IMG/VR virus record: IMGVR_UViG_3300049020_000051
Strand: one strand, 5' to 3'
DNA from: an uncultured virus (IMG/VR IMGVR_UViG_3300049020_000051)
Taxonomy: Duplodnaviria; Heunggongvirae; Uroviricota; Caudoviricetes
DNA: 20,000 bases
Each line of letters begins with the position of its first letter. Within the stretch, counting starts at the first letter, position 1. Shown here piece after piece: positions 15,087 to 20,000 of this stretch. A program made the position numbers and the translations under genes. Below the pieces are notes generated by a model. It had not been told where the DNA came from, searched no databases, and saw only the letters and a list, made by a program, of their open reading frames with translations.

Positions 15087-16761
15087 CGCGGGTACCTCGG
15101 ATCAGGTTGTCGTATTCGTTGGTCGGCGGGCCGAAGAAGTAACCGGCGTCCTCGCGCTTGAAGTAGCGCGCCGGGATCGTCTGCCCCAGTGCACGACTGC
15201 CCTTGCGGGTGATGACGTAGCTGTCGCGGCCCTTGTCGTACTCCATGCCGACAAGGTCGGCCGGCGACACGGTCTTCAACAGGTCCGGCTTCCAGGGGGC
15301 CAGGCCGCCGTCTTCCTTGATGCGCGACAGCAGCTTCGTCGCGGCCAGCAGCTGGTTCTGGGCCTGCGGACCGAGCTCGTGGAAGCCGCTGGCGCCGAGG
15401 TCAGACAGGCCGCGGTCGAGGTACGTCTTCTGCTGTGCCACCGCGGCGGTGTTCGGCTTGCCGTCCTCGCCCGGGTTCAGTGCCTCCAGCTTGGCGACCA
15501 CATTCTTGTCGCTGGCCTCGCGCTGGGCGAAGTTCTGCTGCGCCTGCTCCTGGCCGAACTTCGCGACGTCGAGCTGGTAGCTGCGGTCCTTCTGCATCTG
15601 CTCGATGCGCGCGGCGTTTGCGGCCGAGCGGCTGGTCATGTCCTGCGCGCGCGTCGAGACGGCGGCTTGCACATCGGTGCCGTACCGCTGCTGCTGCAGC
15701 TGCGCCGCAGCATTGCCAGCCTGGATGTCCTGACCGCGCCGCTGCATTGCGTTCGATTCGCGCTGGGCGAGAAACTGCAGCTCGGCCGGTGTGTAGCCGC
15801 TGAGATCTCCGCCGCTGCCGTCGCGCACACCCCGGCCGGGGTTGCCAAAGCTGCCGGCACCTCCACCCTGTGGGCCGGCGCTGAAAGCGTCAAGCGCGCG
15901 CTGCGCGTCGACCTGGCCGCGCAGTGCGGCGCTGTAGGCCGCATCGCGCGAGTTGTCATAGCCCGGCACCACGCCGATCGGCCCGCGGGCGCCTGCCGGC
16001 GGGCCATCACCTGCGTAGGTGAAGCCCTCACGCACATCGCCGCCGGAGAAGCTGCTGCCGCGGCGGGTCACGATGTTGGGCGCCGCCGCTGCGGCGGGTT
16101 GTGCTGCAGCGGCGGCAGCGGCCGGCACAACGGGCGGAGCCCCTGCGGGCTTGGGCGCCATCACCGCGGTCGGGGCAGCGCGTGTGCCCTGTCCCGGCGT
16201 GTCTGCATACAGCTTGCTGGCCATCCCGAAGGTCAGGTTGTTCGCCAGGTCTGTCGCGAAGCCGCCGGCACGCAGCGCGGTGAACTTCGCGATGTCGCCC
16301 ACGCTGCCGTCGCCCGTGGGCGGATCTACGGCGAAGCGCTCGGCGTAGCGGTCGGTGCTGTCGCGGGCGGTGCCGTCGATGATGGCCTGGCCAGCCGCCA
16401 GCGTGCCGCCGAACTTGCCCACCGTGCCGTTAACGAGCGCGCGCGCGCCCTGCCCCGCCGCGGCGAGCTGGGCAGCTCCCCCGCGCGCGGCACCAGCAGC
16501 ACGAGCGCCGAGGCTCTCGCCTGCGCCAGCAGCGGGCTGAGGCCCCACGTTGGCGGCCTGTGCAGACCGGAAGGCCTGGGCTTCTGCGGACCCGCCCGCT
16601 GCCATGGGCGGTGTGGGCGGGCTGCCCACAGCTGCACGCACAGCATCCCGGGCCGCCGAGCCATTCAGCTCCGTGACCTCGGGCAGAGGCAACGCACCAG
16701 GCACGGGGCCACCGGCGCGAAGCCCGCGGAGGGCGCGGGCTGCATCTTCGACGATTGCCAT
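15073..16761 (-). CDS. Ala/Gly-rich internal virion (ejection) protein
   Basis: 562 aa, AAGGAAG RBS, low-complexity A/G/P linkers, Gln-rich RGQDIQ/RAQDMT helices; directly upstream of the giant protein. Confidence 0.65.
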   Translation of the reverse strand: MAIVEDAARALRGLRAGGPVPGALPLPEVTELNGSAARDAVRAAVGSPPTPPMAAGGSAEAQAFRSAQAANVGPQPAAGAGESLGARAAGAARGGAAQLAAAGQGARALVNGTVGKFGGTLAAGQAIIDGTARDSTDRYAERFAVDPPTGDGSVGDIAKFTALRAGGFATDLANNLTFGMASKLYADTPGQGTRAAPTAVMAPKPAGAPPVVPAAAAAAAQPAAAAAPNIVTRRGSSFSGGDVREGFTYAGDGPPAGARGPIGVVPGYDNSRDAAYSAALRGQVDAQRALDAFSAGPQGGGAGSFGNPGRGVRDGSGGDLSGYTPAELQFLAQRESNAMQRRGQDIQAGNAAAQLQQQRYGTDVQAAVSTRAQDMTSRSAANAARIEQMQKDRSYQLDVAKFGQEQAQQNFAQREASDKNVVAKLEALNPGEDGKPNTAAVAQQKTYLDRGLSDLGASGFHELGPQAQNQLLAATKLLSRIKEDGGLAPWKPDLLKTVSPADLVGMEYDKGRDSYVITRKGSRALGQTIPARYFKREDAGYFFGPPTNEYDNLIRGTRDDGR

Positions 16762-16798
16762 GATTCTTCCTTCGATCTACGTTAGATGATTGTAGGGA

Positions 16799-18724
16799 TC
16801 AGCCCCGACCCTGGTAGGTCCAGTTCTCGTTGCCGCTCTGGGCGAACGACGTGCTGGTGTTGGTGCTGTCCGAGGAATTGGCGCTGATCGAAGCCTGGAC
16901 GTGCTGCGCGGCCATCGCACCACCAGCCAGCGTCGAGGCGATCTGCCCGGCGGCGGCGAGGGAACGCTGCTTGAGGCCGGCCTCCTCCAGGATCTTGGTG
17001 ATGTTCACGCGGTACCGTTCGATCGCTGCACTCGTCATCACCGTGTTGGTCTGCAGCTGCAGCTCGGCCACGCGCACATCGGCTTCGTTGCGCGAGCGGG
17101 TCGCCTCGTTCTCCGTGCTCATGTACTGGATGTTCAGGCCAGCGACGCGGGCGTTCGCCTCGAAGGCACCCAGCTTGGCGGCGATCTCGGTCTTCGAGCG
17201 GTCCACCACCGCGACGAATCGTTGGGTGTCGTTGGTCAGCTTCTGGAGCGCAGCGTCCACGCTCTTGAACTGGATGTTGGCCTGCACGTCCGCTGCGCGC
17301 ACGCGTTCGCCGAACACGCGGGCCTCGGCTTCGAGCACGCCCACCTTCGCCACCTCGCCGTCGACCTGGGTGCGGTAAGCGTCGAAGCGCAGCTTGTCCG
17401 CGCCGATGCGCTCGGCGTAGGCCTGCACGTCGGTACGGTAGGCCTCCAGCTGCGTGCGGATCACTTCGGTCTTCAGCTGCGCGCCCTGCATGTCGGCCTT
17501 GTAGATCTCCACCTGCGTGAGCAGCGCCTGGACCTTCGCGTTGAACGTCACCACGCGCTGCTGATTGATCTCGCCGACCAGCTTCTGGCCTTCGAGCTGC
17601 AGGCGGTACACATCCAGCTGCGCCAGTGCGGCGTCGGTCTTGATCTTGAAGACCTGGGCGCGCGTCGCGTACGCGCCGGCCAGCGTGTTGTAGAGGCTGA
17701 TCTTCGCGTTGTAGAGCTGAATCTGGCTCTCGACCGTAAAGCGGGCGATCTCGAACGTGCGCTGCGCCGCGTTGTTGAAGATGTTCATGAGCAACTGCTC
17801 GACGGCGACGGACTGGCTCACGGCGAAGCGCAGGTTCTCCACCTCGATATCAGCCACTTTCGTCATCACCTCGCGTTGCAGCGCGTTGGCCTGCAGCCGC
17901 CCCTGCTCAGCGACGGCGTTGACCTGGGCCACGAGTGCGCCCGGCGGCATCGTGAAGCCCTTGTTCGCGAAGGTGTCGAAGGCCTCGGCGGTCGCCTTGC
18001 TAGCCGTCATGTCCTCGCGAGCTCGTGCGCGGTCGAACAGTTGCTGCTCGATCTCCGGCGCGAGGCCCATGCCGCCGGCCATCATGCGCTGGATGGTCTC
18101 CTGCACAACGTCCAGGCTCTCGGACTCGTAGCTCGGTTCGGTCCAGTTGATGTGGCCACTCGGCGCAGCCTCGGCGAACTCAGCCAGGGTGCCGTCGAAC
18201 AGCGGCAGCACCGGCGCAGTGAATGTCGGGATGGACACGCTGTCGAGCGCCTCCATCACCGGCATGACCAGCGTCGGGCTCACCGGGATATCCACGGCGC
18301 TGTCGATCGCTGGACGGAGCGGCAGCCCGCCGGTGTCGATGGCCGGCGGGGCGGCCGGGATGTTCAGCTGCACGATGGACGGTGTCCACACCGGCAGATC
18401 GACTTCGATGTTCGTGTCGATCTGCGGCATGGCCGGCTCGGACGGCATCACCACGTTGAGGTCGCCCATCGTGCCGACGTTGAGCATCGACGGCGCCGGC
18501 CACGAGGGCATCGGTACGCGCGGCGGGATCGTCAGCGCGGGCACGGCGTCGGTCTGCGGCGCCTGCAGTGCCTGCAGCTGCGCCAGCACCGAGAGCGCCT
18601 GGTTCGTGAAGGTGTTCATCTGCGACTGCAGACTACCCATCACCTGGGTCACCGCCGACACGGCCGCGGCCGGGCCGGAACCTTGGGCGGGGCTCGACGG
18701 CCCCGTGTAGTTGCGCCATGACAT
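16799..18724 (-). CDS. virion structural protein, Pro-rich N-terminus plus long coiled coil
   Basis: 641 aa, GGAGG RBS; Pro-rich first ~190 aa, extended heptad-like helix, Ser/Thr-rich C-terminal tail; position in virion block. Confidence 0.65.
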   Translation of the reverse strand: MSWRNYTGPSSPAQGSGPAAAVSAVTQVMGSLQSQMNTFTNQALSVLAQLQALQAPQTDAVPALTIPPRVPMPSWPAPSMLNVGTMGDLNVVMPSEPAMPQIDTNIEVDLPVWTPSIVQLNIPAAPPAIDTGGLPLRPAIDSAVDIPVSPTLVMPVMEALDSVSIPTFTAPVLPLFDGTLAEFAEAAPSGHINWTEPSYESESLDVVQETIQRMMAGGMGLAPEIEQQLFDRARAREDMTASKATAEAFDTFANKGFTMPPGALVAQVNAVAEQGRLQANALQREVMTKVADIEVENLRFAVSQSVAVEQLLMNIFNNAAQRTFEIARFTVESQIQLYNAKISLYNTLAGAYATRAQVFKIKTDAALAQLDVYRLQLEGQKLVGEINQQRVVTFNAKVQALLTQVEIYKADMQGAQLKTEVIRTQLEAYRTDVQAYAERIGADKLRFDAYRTQVDGEVAKVGVLEAEARVFGERVRAADVQANIQFKSVDAALQKLTNDTQRFVAVVDRSKTEIAAKLGAFEANARVAGLNIQYMSTENEATRSRNEADVRVAELQLQTNTVMTSAAIERYRVNITKILEEAGLKQRSLAAAGQIASTLAGGAMAAQHVQASISANSSDSTNTSTSFAQSGNENWTYQGRG

Positions 18725-18726
18725 GG

Positions 18727-19887
18727 TCAGACCCTCCGGTTGTTGGCGGCGACTTGCGCCGTGATCGTGTCGATCGTGAACTCGGCGCCGTCAGCGGCGG
18801 AGAACTCGAATTGGTAGTAGCGGGACTTCAGCCCCTTGCCCGGCGTCACCCTGCCCGCGCGCGGCGCGTCCGCAACACGCTTGGGCATCTGGTACGTGTA
18901 GGTCTCGGAGCCCTTGCCGCTGTAGGCGGTGACGCGCACATTCATCGTGCCCGAGCTGCTGTAGCCCACGACGATGTCGCTCAGGCCCTTGATCGCCGGC
19001 ACGCCCAGCTCCAGGCGGCCAGTCAGCACGGAACCAGTGATCGCTGCCCCGTCGTCGGTGTCGCTGTTCATCACGAAGAGCCCGTCCTCACCGGCGCCGA
19101 GGATCAGCCCGCCGACGGCAGCAATGGACTGAACCGGTACGCCGGTCCAACGCGACATGGCCGTGCTCTCGGTGTTCATCACCCAGACGTCCATACGCGT
19201 GGGCAGCACGGCGAAGCTCGATGCATCGACGCGTTCGACGACTTCGACGTTCAGCGACGCGTCGCTGATCGCGTAGCTCGTTGCGTCGGCGGCGGCCAAT
19301 GCCGTGACCTCCACGTGGCTCATGCCGACAACGAACGACACCGCCGCGGCGCCGCTCTCCACCGTGTCCGTGCGGAGGAGATTCGCCGTGACGAGGCTGG
19401 TGGCGTTGGCTTCGCTGACGAGCGTGGCTTCGTTGGCCTCGCCGAGCAGGGACTGGGCGTTGGCTGTCTCGACGACGCTCACGTTCACCGAGGCGCTGAC
19501 CGACGGTGGTGTGGTGGCCGCAGCCGTGCTGAGCACCACGACGTCGCGCGACAGAACGACGCTCGACGTGGCGTTGCCGGTGCTGAGCGCGTCGCCACCT
19601 GGCGCCGCCTCGCTGTAGCTGCGCGCGTCGGCCGTTTCGCGGATCAGCTCCAGCCCGTTGAGCTGTGACGTCGCGGTCGAGGTAGCGTCAGCCGTCGTCG
19701 AGATCTCGAAGCTCTTGTCCGCGCTCACGAAGCTCAGCGCGTCGGCCGTGGCCGTGACGCTGAGCGTGATGCCTGGTGCGAGGAGCGAGATGCAGACGGC
19801 TGCTTGCAGCAGTACGTCAGTGAAGCCGAGCACCACTGACGACGACGCGTCGGCGTTTTCTGTGACGTCGCAAACGACGGTGGTCAT
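18727..19887 (-). CDS. virion/tail structural protein with N-terminal S/T/A/V repeats
   Basis: 386 aa; recurring ETADARS/ETANAQS/SEANATS/ERVDASS units, then a beta-rich C-terminal domain ending KSRYYQFEF. Confidence 0.65.
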   Translation of the reverse strand: MTTVVCDVTENADASSSVVLGFTDVLLQAAVCISLLAPGITLSVTATADALSFVSADKSFEISTTADATSTATSQLNGLELIRETADARSYSEAAPGGDALSTGNATSSVVLSRDVVVLSTAAATTPPSVSASVNVSVVETANAQSLLGEANEATLVSEANATSLVTANLLRTDTVESGAAAVSFVVGMSHVEVTALAAADATSYAISDASLNVEVVERVDASSFAVLPTRMDVWVMNTESTAMSRWTGVPVQSIAAVGGLILGAGEDGLFVMNSDTDDGAAITGSVLTGRLELGVPAIKGLSDIVVGYSSSGTMNVRVTAYSGKGSETYTYQMPKRVADAPRAGRVTPGKGLKSRYYQFEFSAADGAEFTIDTITAQVAANNRRV

Positions 19888-20000
19888 AGCACCCCCAGGA
19901 AGTTGTAGCGGTAGCCGCTGTCATCGGACTTGTCGAGCAAGGCGCCCGAGATTTCGAGGTGGCCGTCAGGCCGGTTGTGGTACGCCTGGTGCGACGCACC
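19884..20000 (-). CDS. 3' end of an upstream (probably structural) gene, truncated by the window
   Basis: Open frame GASHQAYHNRPDGHLEISGALLDKSDDSGYRYNFLGVL* whose TGA overlaps the ATG at 19887 (ATGA); not listed in the ORF track. Confidence 0.7.
   Translation of the reverse strand, partial: GASHQAYHNRPDGHLEISGALLDKSDDSGYRYNFLGVL

Larger units (their letters stand above)
1..20000. mobile_element. temperate bacteriophage genome segment (un-integrated attP configuration)
   Basis: int/xis, tRNA-half att with phage genes on both sides, coupled small early ORFs, virion gene block, no host housekeeping genes. Confidence 0.9.

Noticed and set aside
14938..18721. 615-aa and 606-aa + strand ORFs
   Set aside because: Antisense shadows of the 562-aa and 641-aa virion genes, with no motifs.
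1..20000. CRISPR array, diversity-generating retroelement, retron, intron or IS element
   Set aside because: No regularly spaced repeats, reverse transcriptase or transposase motifs, or interrupted genes were seen by eye.

Overview
GC-rich temperate bacteriophage DNA, probably a podovirus-like phage of a Proteobacterium, with two convergent arms. The + strand arm (11-8535) is a tightly coupled early/accessory operon. It encodes a minimal Chlorella-virus-type ATP-dependent DNA ligase, a HicA-like protein, an HTH excisionase overlapping a P22-like tyrosine integrase, Ea22-like mosaic proteins, an atypical C5-cytosine-methyltransferase-like protein, a Zn-finger protein and an HNH endonuclease. 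The operon ends at an apparently intact attP: the 3' half of tRNA-Val(GAC) at 8618-8665, with paired arm-type repeats on both sides and a terminator, about 5.2 kb from int. A small membrane-protein gene and an AT-rich, palindromic, iteron-like element (9160-9312, candidate origin) follow. The - strand arm (9318-20000) encodes virion/ejection proteins, including a 1922-aa protein with an HExxH metallopeptidase-like motif. All product calls come from motif recognition by eye; no searches were run.
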